Positions 39,228 through 49,317 of a stretch of 64,000 nt of DNA are shown piece after piece; the first letter of the stretch is position 1; each line of letters starts with the position of its first letter. A program made the position numbers and the translations under genes. Below the pieces are notes generated by a model. The model made no database searches. It was not told the origin of the DNA and saw only the letters and a program-made list of their open reading frames with translations. This DNA comes from Syntrophorhabdaceae bacterium (GTDB lineage Bacteria; Desulfobacterota; Syntrophorhabdia; Syntrophorhabdales; Syntrophorhabdaceae), in the NCBI GenBank assembly GCA_963665295.1, contig OY762209.1, positions 2,976,001 through 3,040,000 on the forward strand. Reading direction: 5' to 3'.

Positions 39228-40313
39228 TCATTCGTACTGGTAACAGGCGGCGCATGCCCCTTCGGACGACACCATACATGGGCCCACGGGGTCGAAGGGG
39301 GTGCACAGGGTTCCGAAGAGAGGGCATTCCGAGGGCTTCAACCTGCCCTTCAGCACCTCGCCGCAACCGCAGCCTTCAGGGGGGCACGAGTCGGGCACGT
39401 CTATGACGAACCTTTTCGTTGCATCATAATCCTTGTACCCTTCTTTGAATGTAAGACCGCTTTCCGGGATAACACCGAAACCGCGCCAGGGAACATGGGC
39501 AGGCTCAAGGCATTCGCTCACTATTTCGCGGGCCCTGGGGTTCCCGTCCTCCTTGACGAGGCGCGTATAGGCGTTGACGGTTTGCGTCCGGGAGCGCATG
39601 ATCCGGTCGAGGAGAAGATAGAGCGCTCCCAGCACGTCGGCGGCCTCGAATCCGGCGACAACCGCGGGGAGATTATACTCCGACGAGATAAACTCGAATG
39701 CCTTCCGGCCTATGATGGCAGACACATGGCCCGGCAGAATGAACCCGTCAATCTTGAAGGACCCGTCGTCGAGAAGGGCCCGCAAGGCGGGGGGTACGAC
39801 TTTGTGCACGGAAAGAACGGAGAAATTGTCGAGCTGCCTCTTCTTTGCCTCCACCACGGTTGCCGCAATAGCCGGCGTAGTTGTTTCGAACCCGACCCCG
39901 AGAAAGACAATCTGCTGCGCCGGGTGGTCGTGGGCATAGGCGAGGGCGTCCATGGGCGAATAGAAGACTTCCACTTTGGCGCCTCCGGCCCGTTCCCGTT
40001 CAAGGGAGGAGACCGTTCCCGGCACCCTCACCATATCGCCGAATGTGGCGATTACTACGTCGGGGCGGCACGAAAGGGCGATGACCCGGTCTACGTCGGA
40101 CTGGTCGGTTACGCATACAGGGCATCCCGGACCGCTTCTCAGGTCCACCCAATCCGAAAGCAGGCTCTTGATGCCGTTCTTCGCGATCACGGTGGTATGG
40201 GTCCCGCAAACCTCCATGAGGATGGCGGCCCTTCCTAGTTTTGCCGCCACGTCTCCTGCAAGAGACGTGAGCCTTTCGAAAAGCCGTTTGCCTTCCCCGT
40301 CTTTAATGTTCAT
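39228..40313 (-). CDS. hypD: Hydrogenase maturation protein HypD
   Basis: MEVCGTH, GPGCPVC, GFETT, PGHVS, GPCMVSSEGAC. Confidence 0.96.
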   Translation of the reverse strand: MNIKDGEGKRLFERLTSLAGDVAAKLGRAAILMEVCGTHTTVIAKNGIKSLLSDWVDLRSGPGCPVCVTDQSDVDRVIALSCRPDVVIATFGDMVRVPGTVSSLERERAGGAKVEVFYSPMDALAYAHDHPAQQIVFLGVGFETTTPAIAATVVEAKKRQLDNFSVLSVHKVVPPALRALLDDGSFKIDGFILPGHVSAIIGRKAFEFISSEYNLPAVVAGFEAADVLGALYLLLDRIMRSRTQTVNAYTRLVKEDGNPRAREIVSECLEPAHVPWRGFGVIPESGLTFKEGYKDYDATKRFVIDVPDSCPPEGCGCGEVLKGRLKPSECPLFGTLCTPFDPVGPCMVSSEGACAACYQYE

Positions 40314-40337
40314 GAGGTCCCACCTGCCCTTTCCTCT

Positions 40338-40592
40338 TCACTGATGCTCTCTGTCCTTACCGAATTCGTCACCCCGGGCGATCTCCTCGAAGAGCGTGAG
40401 GGTTTCATGGGCTTCGCCCGGGTCCATCTTTCCTATGGCATAGCCTGCGTGGACCATCACATAGTCGCCTGCGGCGATGTCCTGATCGACAAGGCGTATA
40501 TACACCTTATTTCGGACCCCGAAGGTTTCGACAATAGCCCATTGCCGCGACGACTCCACTTCGACAATCTTACCCGGTACGCCTAAACACAT
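40338..40592 (-). CDS. hypC: Hydrogenase chaperone HypC
   Basis: MCLGVPGKI...GDYVMVHAGYA. Confidence 0.95.
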   Translation of the reverse strand: MCLGVPGKIVEVESSRQWAIVETFGVRNKVYIRLVDQDIAAGDYVMVHAGYAIGKMDPGEAHETLTLFEEIARGDEFGKDREHQ

Positions 40593-40597
40593 CTGTT

Positions 40598-42934
40598 TCA
40601 ACCTCCATTCCTGAGTTTCCAATGGGCTATCATGGCTTGCCCGAGGGCGATGCCCCCGTCATTGGCCGGAACCTCCCGGTGGTAAAGCACCTCGAACCCC
40701 AGTTCGCGCAGAGCGCTGACGGCCCGACGGAAAAGAAACGGGTTCTGCCAGGTGCCGCCGCTCAGCGCTACCTTTGTGATGCCCGTGTCTTCCCTCAGTC
40801 TTACCGATCCATTCTTCACTATTTCCACCATGGCGAGATGAAAGCGGGTGGATATGACGGGGAGGGGCGCGCCGGACAACCGGTCCTCGGCGATGGCCTT
40901 GATAAGCCGGCTTGGAATGATTAAATCGTTAGCAATATCAAATTGATACGGTTCTAAGTTAAAGTTTTGGCTCCGCCCGGCATATGTGTATTCTCCCAAC
41001 TCGATGGCTGCCTGTCCCTCGTAGCTGTTGCAGGTGCAGATGCCGAGGATAGCGGATACCGCGTCGAAAAGCCTCCCCGCGCCTGAAGCGAGGGGGCTCA
41101 TAAACCCCGTTGAGATCATCCGGTCCATGGTCCTCAAGTCCCTGTCGCCGAAGAGCGCCTCTCCATGCCGCCTGCCCTCGTCCCCGAGAAAGGTCGCAAG
41201 AAAGCTGTACCCTGTCCGCCACGGCTCCTTAATGGCAGCCTCTCCCCCGGGAAGGGGCACGTACGCGAGATGGAGCCGGCGGGTGAAACCTGTATAATTG
41301 CCCGTGAGGAATTCGAACCCCCAGAGGTGGCCGTCCGTGCCGTAACCGGTACCGTCGAGTATAATGCCGATCACATCCTCGTTGCCGGTCATGTTTTCCG
41401 CCATGCAGCTTGCGAGATGGGCGTGATGGTGCTGAACGGGCACGTGGGCAGCCGCAGGGACCCTCGAAGCCGCCTCGGCCGACGCATAGCCGGGGTGCAT
41501 GTCGAAGGCGACAACCTCCGGGTTCAGCCCGATAAGCCTCTCGAAGTTGTGCAGGCTGTCGAGGAGGTTATTCTCACCCTCGACATGTTCGATTTCGCCG
41601 ATATACTGGCTCATGAATGCCTGACTGTCCTTGAGGAGACAGAAGTTGTTCTTCATTTCCCCGCCGATCCCCAGGACCACGGGCAACTCCGTTCCCGCCC
41701 GGGGGACCGGGATGGGATCAGGGACATAGCCCCTCGACCTCCTGACGAACTGGGCTTGGCCGTCGACGACCTGGATCAATGAATCATCGCAGCGATTGAC
41801 GATCTCCCTGTCATGGAGGAGGAAGTAATCCGCAATTCCGCCCAACCGGGTCAAGGCCTCCTCGTTATCCTTCGCGAGGGGGAAACTACTGTAATTACCG
41901 CTTGTCATTACGAGCGCCCGAAACGGACCGTTAAACAGAAGTATATGAAATGGGCTGTAAGGTATCATAACTCCTAAGGTATTAAGACCGGGAGCGAGGC
42001 TTTCGGGAAGGTTGAAGTCCCCCTTTCGCCGCAATATCACTATGGGGGCACGGGGTGAGGCAATAAGCTCCCTCTCTTCCGGTCCCATGAGACAGTACTC
42101 TTCGATGGTCTTGAGGTCACGGCACATGACAGCGAGCGGTTTTGCGCCTCTGCCCTTCCGTATGCGGAGGGTCTCGACAGCCTGCCTGTTATGGGCGTCA
42201 CAGGCGAGATGAAAACCTCCTATGCCCTTGAGGGCGAGGATCCTGCCTTCCCCTAAGATGTCCCAGCATGCCTCCATCCAGTTGTCCTCGACACCGTGCC
42301 TTCGGCCGTCCCGGTCCGTGAGGTAAACATGGGGGCCGCATTCAGGACAGGCTACCGGCTGGGCGTGAAATCGCCTGTCCAAGGGGTTGTGGTATTCTTT
42401 GGCGCATGCGTCGCACATGACGAATTCCGCCATCGATGTCTTGAGGCGGTCGTAGGGGATTTCCTTCGTAATTGTAAAGCGGGGGCCGCAATTTGTGCAA
42501 TTGGTGAAAGGATACCGGTAGTGGCGGTCCCGGAGGCTCAGAATGTCTTCCCTGCAGGCGCTGCAGGTAGCCACGTCCGGGGGTACAAGGCACGTGTTTT
42601 CGCCGGCGGAAGCGCTTTTGAGTATCTCGAAACTCGTGTAGCCCACGACGGGCACGCGGTTGACCGTGCAGTCCGCAATACGCGAAAGCCGGGGCGGACG
42701 GAGGGTGAGTTCCTCGACAAAGAGTCTGAGATCGGGTTCGTTTCCCTCTACATCGATAATCACTCCTCTTGCCGAGTTAAAGACCGTGCCTTTAAGCGAG
42801 TGGGCGGCGGCGAGGCCATAGACAAAGGGGCGGAACCCTACGCCCTGGACTGTCCCTGTTACGGTAACGAGGAACCTCGCCTTTTCGGTCGCGCCCGGAG
42901 GGGCGTCGGATATGATTGCATGTCTCCGATGCAT
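40598..42934 (-). CDS. hypF: Carbamoyltransferase HypF
   Basis: VQGVGFRPF, two Zn fingers, KGIGGFHL, QHHHAH, NDGGIALGQ. Confidence 0.96.
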   Translation of the reverse strand: MHRRHAIISDAPPGATEKARFLVTVTGTVQGVGFRPFVYGLAAAHSLKGTVFNSARGVIIDVEGNEPDLRLFVEELTLRPPRLSRIADCTVNRVPVVGYTSFEILKSASAGENTCLVPPDVATCSACREDILSLRDRHYRYPFTNCTNCGPRFTITKEIPYDRLKTSMAEFVMCDACAKEYHNPLDRRFHAQPVACPECGPHVYLTDRDGRRHGVEDNWMEACWDILGEGRILALKGIGGFHLACDAHNRQAVETLRIRKGRGAKPLAVMCRDLKTIEEYCLMGPEERELIASPRAPIVILRRKGDFNLPESLAPGLNTLGVMIPYSPFHILLFNGPFRALVMTSGNYSSFPLAKDNEEALTRLGGIADYFLLHDREIVNRCDDSLIQVVDGQAQFVRRSRGYVPDPIPVPRAGTELPVVLGIGGEMKNNFCLLKDSQAFMSQYIGEIEHVEGENNLLDSLHNFERLIGLNPEVVAFDMHPGYASAEAASRVPAAAHVPVQHHHAHLASCMAENMTGNEDVIGIILDGTGYGTDGHLWGFEFLTGNYTGFTRRLHLAYVPLPGGEAAIKEPWRTGYSFLATFLGDEGRRHGEALFGDRDLRTMDRMISTGFMSPLASGAGRLFDAVSAILGICTCNSYEGQAAIELGEYTYAGRSQNFNLEPYQFDIANDLIIPSRLIKAIAEDRLSGAPLPVISTRFHLAMVEIVKNGSVRLREDTGITKVALSGGTWQNPFLFRRAVSALRELGFEVLYHREVPANDGGIALGQAMIAHWKLRNGG

Positions 42935-42942
42935 GTTTATAT

Positions 42943-42971
42943 ATTATAATGGCTGTCAAGTATAAAGTAAA
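42943..42971 (-). promoter_or_regulatory. sigma70-type promoter of hypFCDE
   Basis: TTTACT, 17-nt spacer, TATAAT, 8 nt before ATG at 42934. Confidence 0.6.
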
Positions 42972-42988
42972 CGTGGGGCGCCGCAATA

Positions 42989-44394
42989 CTACAGGTAGAG
43001 GTCGCGTTCTCCTTGTTCGAGTCTCTTGAGTCTTTCCTCTGTTTCCTTCCGCACCAGTGGATCGGGAATTGCTTTCAGGTGTTCCTCTATGGTCTTTTCT
43101 CCAAGCTTCTTAAGCTCGTCCGAGCCATAGTCAATGAGGTATTCCTTGAAAGTGAGGATCGCATTGGGCTGGCATACGTTTTGAATCTCCCCGCTCTTGG
43201 CCAGCGGCATGAACCTGTCGCCTGTGCGTCCTTTCCGGTAACAGGCGGTGCAGAAGCTCGGGATATAGCCCGCCTCACAGATACTCGCGAGCACCTCTTC
43301 CGGTGTACGGTGGTCCTCCACCTGGAATTGGCCGGGTGAAGGTTTCTTTATGTCCTCGTGGTAGCCGCCGACGCCCGTGCAGGAACCGGCGCTTATCTGG
43401 GAGATCCCCAGGGCGATGGCTTCGTCTCTGAACGCCGCCCGTTCCCTCGTGGAAAGGAGCATGCCTGTATAGGGGACGGCAAGGCGTATTATGGCAATGA
43501 CCTTGCGGAATTCGTCGTCCCTCACCAGGTGAGGAAAATTCCCCATATGGATCCCGGTGGCCGGGCGCAACCGGGGCACGGAAATGGTATGGCACCCCAC
43601 ACCGAAAAGCTCTTCCAGGTGGAGGGAATGGAAGAGAAGTCCCAGGACCTCGAACTTGTAATCGTACAGGCCGAAGAGGACTCCAAGGCCCACGTCGTCT
43701 ATGCCCGCCTCCATGGCCCTGTCCATAGCCGTGGCGTGCCAATCGTAATCCTTTTTCGGACCGCCGGGATGCATCTTCCTGTAAGTCTCCCGATGATAGG
43801 TTTCCTGAAAAAGAACATAGGTTCCGATACCCACTTCCTTCAGCTTCCGGTAGTCTTCAACGGTGGTTGCCGCTATGTTGACGTTGACCCGCCTTATGCT
43901 GCCCATCCGTTCCTTGACTTTATAAATGGTGCGTATAACCTCCAGTATATAGTCGATGGGGCAATTCCTGGGGTCTTCACCTGCTTCCAGGGCCAACCGC
44001 TTGTGACCCATGGCTTCCAGGACCACGACCTCCTCCTCGATCTCCGCCATGGTAAGCTTTCGATGGTCAAGCCTGTTGTCCCGGCGATACCCGCAATAGA
44101 CACAGTTGTTTATGCAGTAGCTGCTCACGTAAAGAGGAGCGAAAAGGACGACCCTTTTCCGTATATCTTCAGTTTGACCTCGCGGGCCGCCTCAAACATG
44201 AGGTGTACCAGTTCCGGGTCTTCGGTTTCGAGGAGAACGGCCGTCTCGTACGGCGTAAGGCCTTTAGATTCCCGAGCCTTCGATATGATATCCCGTACCG
44301 ATCGGGGGTCCACCCCTTTTGCTTTTGTGAGGAGGTAGTTGATCTCTTCCTCGTCGATGAAATCAGCTTTGAGACTTGCCTTTCCCGCAGCCAT
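42989..44394 (-). pseudogene. hydG: [FeFe]-hydrogenase maturase HydG split by a 1-nt frameshift
   Basis: Adding one A at 44155-44158 gives IYGKRVVLFAPLYVSSYCINNCVYC and 468 aa; GCHTISVPR and C-terminal CTAC-x22-C are intact. Confidence 0.9.
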
Positions 44395-44414
44395 GAGGTC
44401 CTCCTGTTCGCGTG

Positions 44415-45647
44415 TTAATCCCCGAAGACCTCCCTGGCCTCGGGAAAGGGCATGAGCGCCCGTTTAAGGATACCGTGGACATAGGCGATGAGCACCCCGT
44501 AATTGACCATGGGTACCCCCGCTTCCTCGGTGGCCATGAGCCGGTGGAGCATTTCTTTCCGGTTGATCATGCATGCGCCGCAGTGGACGATCAATTTGTA
44601 ATCCTTTACATCATCAGGCAGTTCAAGACCGCTTACCCAATGAAAATCCAGGGCGCCGCCCACGATCTGCCTGAGCCAACGGGGAATCTTTACCGTGCCG
44701 ATATCGTCTTCCACCCTGTGATGGGTGCAGGCTTCGGCAATGAGCACCTTATCGCCCGGCTGAAGGTCTTCAATGGCTTTCGCTCCTTCCGCAAGAGCCC
44801 GGAGGTCCCCTTTGTAACGGGCAAAGAGGATAGAAAAAGAGGTCATCATTACGTCTTTCGGTGTATCCGCCGCCACCTTCAGGAAGGCCTGGGAATCGGT
44901 CACCACGAGACGGGGTTTTTCTTTCAGGTTGCCCAGGGCGGCCTTCAGTTCCCGCTCTTTTGCGATCACCGTGATGGCATCGTTGTCGAGAATATCCCTG
45001 ATTGTCTGGACCTGGGGAAGTATGAGGCGGCCTTTCGGGGCGGCGAGGTCAATGGGCACCACGAGCACCACTGTATCTCCCGGAGAGATGAGGTCCCCGA
45101 GGATGGTGGGCGACACCCAGTCTTTCGGCGCCGACCGGATCATGGTCATCTTCAGTTCATGGATACCCTCTTTCGTGATGGCGCTCACCGCCACCACGGG
45201 AAGGTCGAGTTTCACCCTTATCGCCTCGATGGAAAGGGAAGGGTGGAGGTCTTTCTTGTTTACCACCGCAATGACCGGCACGTGGTTTTCCTTCGCCCTG
45301 ACGATCACTTCCTCTTCATATTTACCGGCCTCGTTCGACGGGTCGATTACCAGAAGAAGGAGGTCTGTCTTGGCGAGCACGGACAGGGCCTTCCGGATAC
45401 GGAGGGCTCCCAGTTCGCCCACATCGTCGATGCCTGCCGTGTCTATGAGCACGACCGGCCCGATGGGCAATATTTCCATGGATTTATACACGGGGTCGGT
45501 GGTGGTGCCGGGCACATCGGAGACGATGGCAATGTTCTGGTTGGTGAGGGCATTTATCAGGCTTGATTTCCCTGCATTACGCCTGCCGAAAATCGCGATA
45601 TGCAATCTGCTTCCACGGGGAGTCTCATTGAGGGTTGTATCTACCAT
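44415..45647 (-). CDS. hydF: [FeFe]-hydrogenase maturation GTPase HydF
   Basis: GRRNAGKS, DTAG, NKKD, APKGRLILPQVQ, EACTHH, HCGACM. Confidence 0.96.
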   Translation of the reverse strand: MVDTTLNETPRGSRLHIAIFGRRNAGKSSLINALTNQNIAIVSDVPGTTTDPVYKSMEILPIGPVVLIDTAGIDDVGELGALRIRKALSVLAKTDLLLLVIDPSNEAGKYEEEVIVRAKENHVPVIAVVNKKDLHPSLSIEAIRVKLDLPVVAVSAITKEGIHELKMTMIRSAPKDWVSPTILGDLISPGDTVVLVVPIDLAAPKGRLILPQVQTIRDILDNDAITVIAKERELKAALGNLKEKPRLVVTDSQAFLKVAADTPKDVMMTSFSILFARYKGDLRALAEGAKAIEDLQPGDKVLIAEACTHHRVEDDIGTVKIPRWLRQIVGGALDFHWVSGLELPDDVKDYKLIVHCGACMINRKEMLHRLMATEEAGVPMVNYGVLIAYVHGILKRALMPFPEAREVFGD

Positions 45648-47077
45648 AGGTCTTTTTCCGCCTTTTTCGGTTTCAGTTTGCGCGATCCGGCGATGCCGGG
45701 CCGCGTGAGTTCGGGTGTTCTAAAGATAGCGTCTAATTCCTCAGCCTTCAAAATACCGCTTTCCAGGGCCGCTTCCCTGACGGATTTCCCTTCCGCAGCG
45801 GCTTTACCCGCGAGACGGGCCGCTTCTTCATAGCCGATATAGGGGACGAGGGCGGTCACGAGGCAGAGGCTTTCCTCGAGCCATTTCCTGCAGTTCTCTT
45901 CATTTGCGACGATATCTTCTATACACCGGGTCCTGAGAGCGACTGCTGCGTTAGTGAGGAGTCTCAGCGAGGAAAGAAGGTTGTACGTGATGAGGGGGAG
46001 GCAGGGGTTAAGCTCCAACTGTCCCGCAGCCGCTGCCATGGCTATGCCCTGGTCGTAGCACATGACTTGAAAGGCAACCTGGATCACCATTTCGGGTATC
46101 ACGGGGTTTACCTTGGCAGGCATGATGGAAGAACCCGCCTGAAGCCGGGGTAGTGCGATCTCCGCTATGCCGCCGCGGGGCCCGGAGGAGAGCAGTTTCA
46201 GGTCCCCCGATATTTTCGCGAAATTTGCCGCCGCAGCCTTCAGGAGGCCCGAAACCTCCACAAAGACGTCTGCATTCTGGGTAAGGTCCACCATGTTTTC
46301 GGCCCTCGCAATCCCGAGACCCGTGATGTCCTGCAACTCCTCTATGGTTGCATAAATATACTCGCGCCGCGCATTGAGTCCTGTGCCCACGGCGGTGCCT
46401 CCGAGGTTTACCTGCCTCAGCCGCTCCTCAACTTTGAAAAGTCGCCAGCGGTCGCGGGCAACAGTCTCCGCGAAGGCTCCGAATTCCTGCCCGAGGGTTA
46501 TGGGAAGGGCGTCCTGCATTTCGGTCCTGCCAAGTTTAAGAATATGGGCAAAGGCCGCTTCCTTCTCCTGGAACGCCCCTTGCAGTCGGGCGATCACCTC
46601 GCTCAAAGCGAGGACCATCTTGATGGCCGCAACCTTCAGGGCCGTGGGATACACGTCGTTTGTCGATTGGGAGAGGTTCACGTGGTCCAGGGGGTCTACG
46701 AGGCCGTAGTCACCCTTCCTGCCGCCCCGCAGTTCGATGGCCCGGTTTGCGAGGACCTCGTTCATGTTCATATTTGTGGAGGTTCCGGCTCCGCCCTGGA
46801 AGGCATCGGTAATGAACTGGTCCCGGAGTTTGCCTTCGACTACTTCCGCGGCGGCACGCACAATGGCATTGCCTGTCTCCGGATCGAGCAGACCGGTGCG
46901 CATATTCGCCTTTGCGCAGGCCATCTTTACCTGGGCCAGGGCCTCAATCATCTCTTCCGGCACCCGGAGTCCCGAGACAGGAAAATTGGTCACTGCCCTT
47001 ACCGTGTGGATTCCGTAATATGCGTCCGAGGGGACCTCGACAATCCCCAGAAAATCCTTCTCTGTTCTCGATCCCAT
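45641..47077 (-). CDS. aspA: Aspartate ammonia-lyase
   Basis: QGGAGTSTNMNMNEV, SQSTND, GRTEMQDA, GSSIMPAKVNP; stop overlaps the hydF start. Confidence 0.9.
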   Translation of the reverse strand: MGSRTEKDFLGIVEVPSDAYYGIHTVRAVTNFPVSGLRVPEEMIEALAQVKMACAKANMRTGLLDPETGNAIVRAAAEVVEGKLRDQFITDAFQGGAGTSTNMNMNEVLANRAIELRGGRKGDYGLVDPLDHVNLSQSTNDVYPTALKVAAIKMVLALSEVIARLQGAFQEKEAAFAHILKLGRTEMQDALPITLGQEFGAFAETVARDRWRLFKVEERLRQVNLGGTAVGTGLNARREYIYATIEELQDITGLGIARAENMVDLTQNADVFVEVSGLLKAAAANFAKISGDLKLLSSGPRGGIAEIALPRLQAGSSIMPAKVNPVIPEMVIQVAFQVMCYDQGIAMAAAAGQLELNPCLPLITYNLLSSLRLLTNAAVALRTRCIEDIVANEENCRKWLEESLCLVTALVPYIGYEEAARLAGKAAAEGKSVREAALESGILKAEELDAIFRTPELTRPGIAGSRKLKPKKAEKDLW

Positions 47078-47170
47078 AGGCTTGTCCGGTAAGAGTCTAT
47101 ACCTTATTCCCTTTACTTTCAAGGTGGAAGGCTGTGGTATTTCGCCCGGTGCCCCGACAGGGCCCCCGTA

Positions 47171-48406
47171 TTACGCGGTGGTGTCTCTCTCCTGGTTCGC
47201 GGCGGGATTGTAGTTGTCGATGAACTTGCCTTCCCATCGTGCGATGACCACGGTAGCGAGGCAATTGCCGATCACATTCAAGGAGGTTCGCGCCATATCC
47301 ATGATCGTGTCCACTCCGAGAATGAGGGCAACGGCCTTGACGGGCAGTCCGAAGGAGGCAAGGGTGCCTGCGAGAACGACAAGGGATGCCCTGGGCACTC
47401 CTGCCGCTCCCTTGCTTGCGAATATGAGGGAAAAACCCATGATCAACTGCTGACCCCAACTCAGTTCGATTCCCGCTAACTGCGCGGCAAAGACGGAGGC
47501 AAGGGAGAGGTAGAGCGTCGTGCCGTCAAGGTTGAAGCTATAGCCCGTAGGTATGACGAAGGCCACGATATTCCGGGGTACTCCGAGAGACTCCATGGCA
47601 AGCATGGCCTTGGGCAGGGCGGCCTCGGAACTTGTAGTGGAAAAAGCGATGATCGCCGGTTCCTTGACCGCTGAAACAAACCTTCTCAGCGGCACTTTGA
47701 ATATAAGGGCGACAGGCAGGAGGACCAGGAACAGGAAGGCGATAACGCCCGCATAGAGTGCCCCGATGAGAAGGCAGAGGTGGAGCAGGACGGATATCCC
47801 TTTGCCCGCAAGAACAGCTGCTATGGCCCCGCCCACCCCCACGGGGGCATAGCGCATGATGATGGACGTATACTTAAACATAGTCTCGGAGAGGGCCTCG
47901 CAGAAGTCGATGATGGGCTGCTTCTTTTCCTTGATGAGGCTGAGGGCGATGGCGAAGATAATGGTAAATATTACCACCTGGAGCACATCTCCCCGTGAAG
48001 CGGCATCGAAGAAGTTCTCCGGGAATATGTTGATGACCGCATCCTTGAGACTGTGCTGCTTCGCGGTGACCTCGAACCCGGTCGACGCGATGCTGTGGGC
48101 AAGGTTGCAGCCGGGCCTTACCACATTCGCGACAACAAGCCCGAGGAGCAGGGCGAAGGTGGTGATAACCTCAAAATAGATGAGTGATTTCACGCCCATC
48201 CTGCCCACGGACCTCAGGTCTGCATGTCCCGCTATTCCCACCACGAGGGTGGAGAAGATAATAGGTACTATGATGGTTTTTACGAGGCGGATAAATATAA
48301 TGCCGAGGGGTTCGAGCCTTATGCCGATGCCGGGAAAGAGCCATCCCACGGCAAGGCCTGCAACCATCCCGAGAAAGATCAACTGGGTCTGGGACAGTCT
48401 CTTCAT
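47171..48406 (-). CDS. Dicarboxylate/amino acid:cation symporter (GltP-like)
   Basis: AFSTTSSEAALP, PTGYSFNLDG, KGAAGVP, DMARTSLNVIGN. Confidence 0.92.
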   Translation of the reverse strand: MKRLSQTQLIFLGMVAGLAVGWLFPGIGIRLEPLGIIFIRLVKTIIVPIIFSTLVVGIAGHADLRSVGRMGVKSLIYFEVITTFALLLGLVVANVVRPGCNLAHSIASTGFEVTAKQHSLKDAVINIFPENFFDAASRGDVLQVVIFTIIFAIALSLIKEKKQPIIDFCEALSETMFKYTSIIMRYAPVGVGGAIAAVLAGKGISVLLHLCLLIGALYAGVIAFLFLVLLPVALIFKVPLRRFVSAVKEPAIIAFSTTSSEAALPKAMLAMESLGVPRNIVAFVIPTGYSFNLDGTTLYLSLASVFAAQLAGIELSWGQQLIMGFSLIFASKGAAGVPRASLVVLAGTLASFGLPVKAVALILGVDTIMDMARTSLNVIGNCLATVVIARWEGKFIDNYNPAANQERDTTA

Positions 48407-48541
48407 GGCAACCGGGGCCTCCCTTCTTTCCGTAGTCTATGACAGCAGGTAAAGAATAAACCCTATTTTTTGGACAAAGGCAACAGCAATCGATGGCCGG
48501 CGCGGCGAAAATTGTCCTGCAAACCGGGGTGAAAGTTTTCC

Positions 48542-48570
48542 TTGACAGGATATTTATTTATCGATATAAT
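48542..48570 (+). promoter_or_regulatory. Consensus sigma70 promoter of the rex-hyd operon
   Basis: TTGACA (48542-47), 17-nt spacer, TATAAT (48565-70). Confidence 0.85.
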
Positions 48571-48604
48571 TTTATCGATAAGAAGATATCAATAAAGAAA
48601 TATC
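48549..48604. repeat. Four abutting 14-bp palindromic units GATA-N6-TATC (putative Rex operators)
   Basis: GATATTTATTTATC, GATATAATTTTATC, GATAAGAAGATATC, AATAAAGAAATATC. Confidence 0.75.
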
Positions 48605-48629
48605 TATAAGACGACGCGGAGGTGGCAGG

Positions 48630-49301
48630 ATGGCAGAGAATGGAGAGAGAAAGGGGGAGGTTATAAAAGCCATACCGGAACCGACGTTGCGGCGGCTTCC
48701 CATTTACTACCAGTACCTGAAAAGGATGCACGATGAAAAGCAGTTCGAATATATCTCATGTACCCGGATAGGTAACGATCTCAACGTGCTGCCCATCCAG
48801 GTAAGAAAGGACCTGCAGGTGGCCGACGCGGTGGGAAAGCCGAAACTGGGTTACGGAGTGACGGAGCTTATCCACACCATCGAGGACTTTCTCGGTTGGA
48901 ACAATACGACGGAAGCGTACCTTGTGGGCGTGGGAAACCTTGGCTCCGCCCTGTTGGGATACCAGGGTTTCAGGGAATACGGCCTCAATATCGTGGCTGC
49001 CTTTGACGTGGATGAGAAGAAGGTCGGCACGGAGGTGAGCGGCAAGAAGGTCCTCCATGCGGCAAAACTGCCCGAAATGATCAGGAGGATGAGTATAAAG
49101 ATAGGCATCCTTACGGTGCCCGCAAGTTCCGCGCAGCAACAGGCTGATGCCATGGTGAAGGCGGGTATCCATGCGATCTGGAATTTTTCCCCTGTGAAGA
49201 TCAATGTCCCGCCGGGCATTATCGTGCAGCATGAGAATCTGGCTTCATCACTCGTAGTACTGTCAAAAAAACTGGCCCTTTCGCTCAACGCGAAGGCCTG
49301 A
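48630..49301 (+). CDS. rex: Redox-sensing repressor Rex
   Basis: IPEPTLRRLPIY, QVRKDL, GY.V, VGVGNLGSAL, IWNFSP. Confidence 0.95.
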   Translation: MAENGERKGEVIKAIPEPTLRRLPIYYQYLKRMHDEKQFEYISCTRIGNDLNVLPIQVRKDLQVADAVGKPKLGYGVTELIHTIEDFLGWNNTTEAYLVGVGNLGSALLGYQGFREYGLNIVAAFDVDEKKVGTEVSGKKVLHAAKLPEMIRRMSIKIGILTVPASSAQQQADAMVKAGIHAIWNFSPVKINVPPGIIVQHENLASSLVVLSKKLALSLNAKA

Positions 49302-49317
49302 GAGAGAGGCAAGAACG

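Noticed and set aside
48549..48604. 14-bp array as a mini-CRISPR or iterons
   Set aside because: Units too short, no spacers, no cas or rep gene; position over a promoter fits operators
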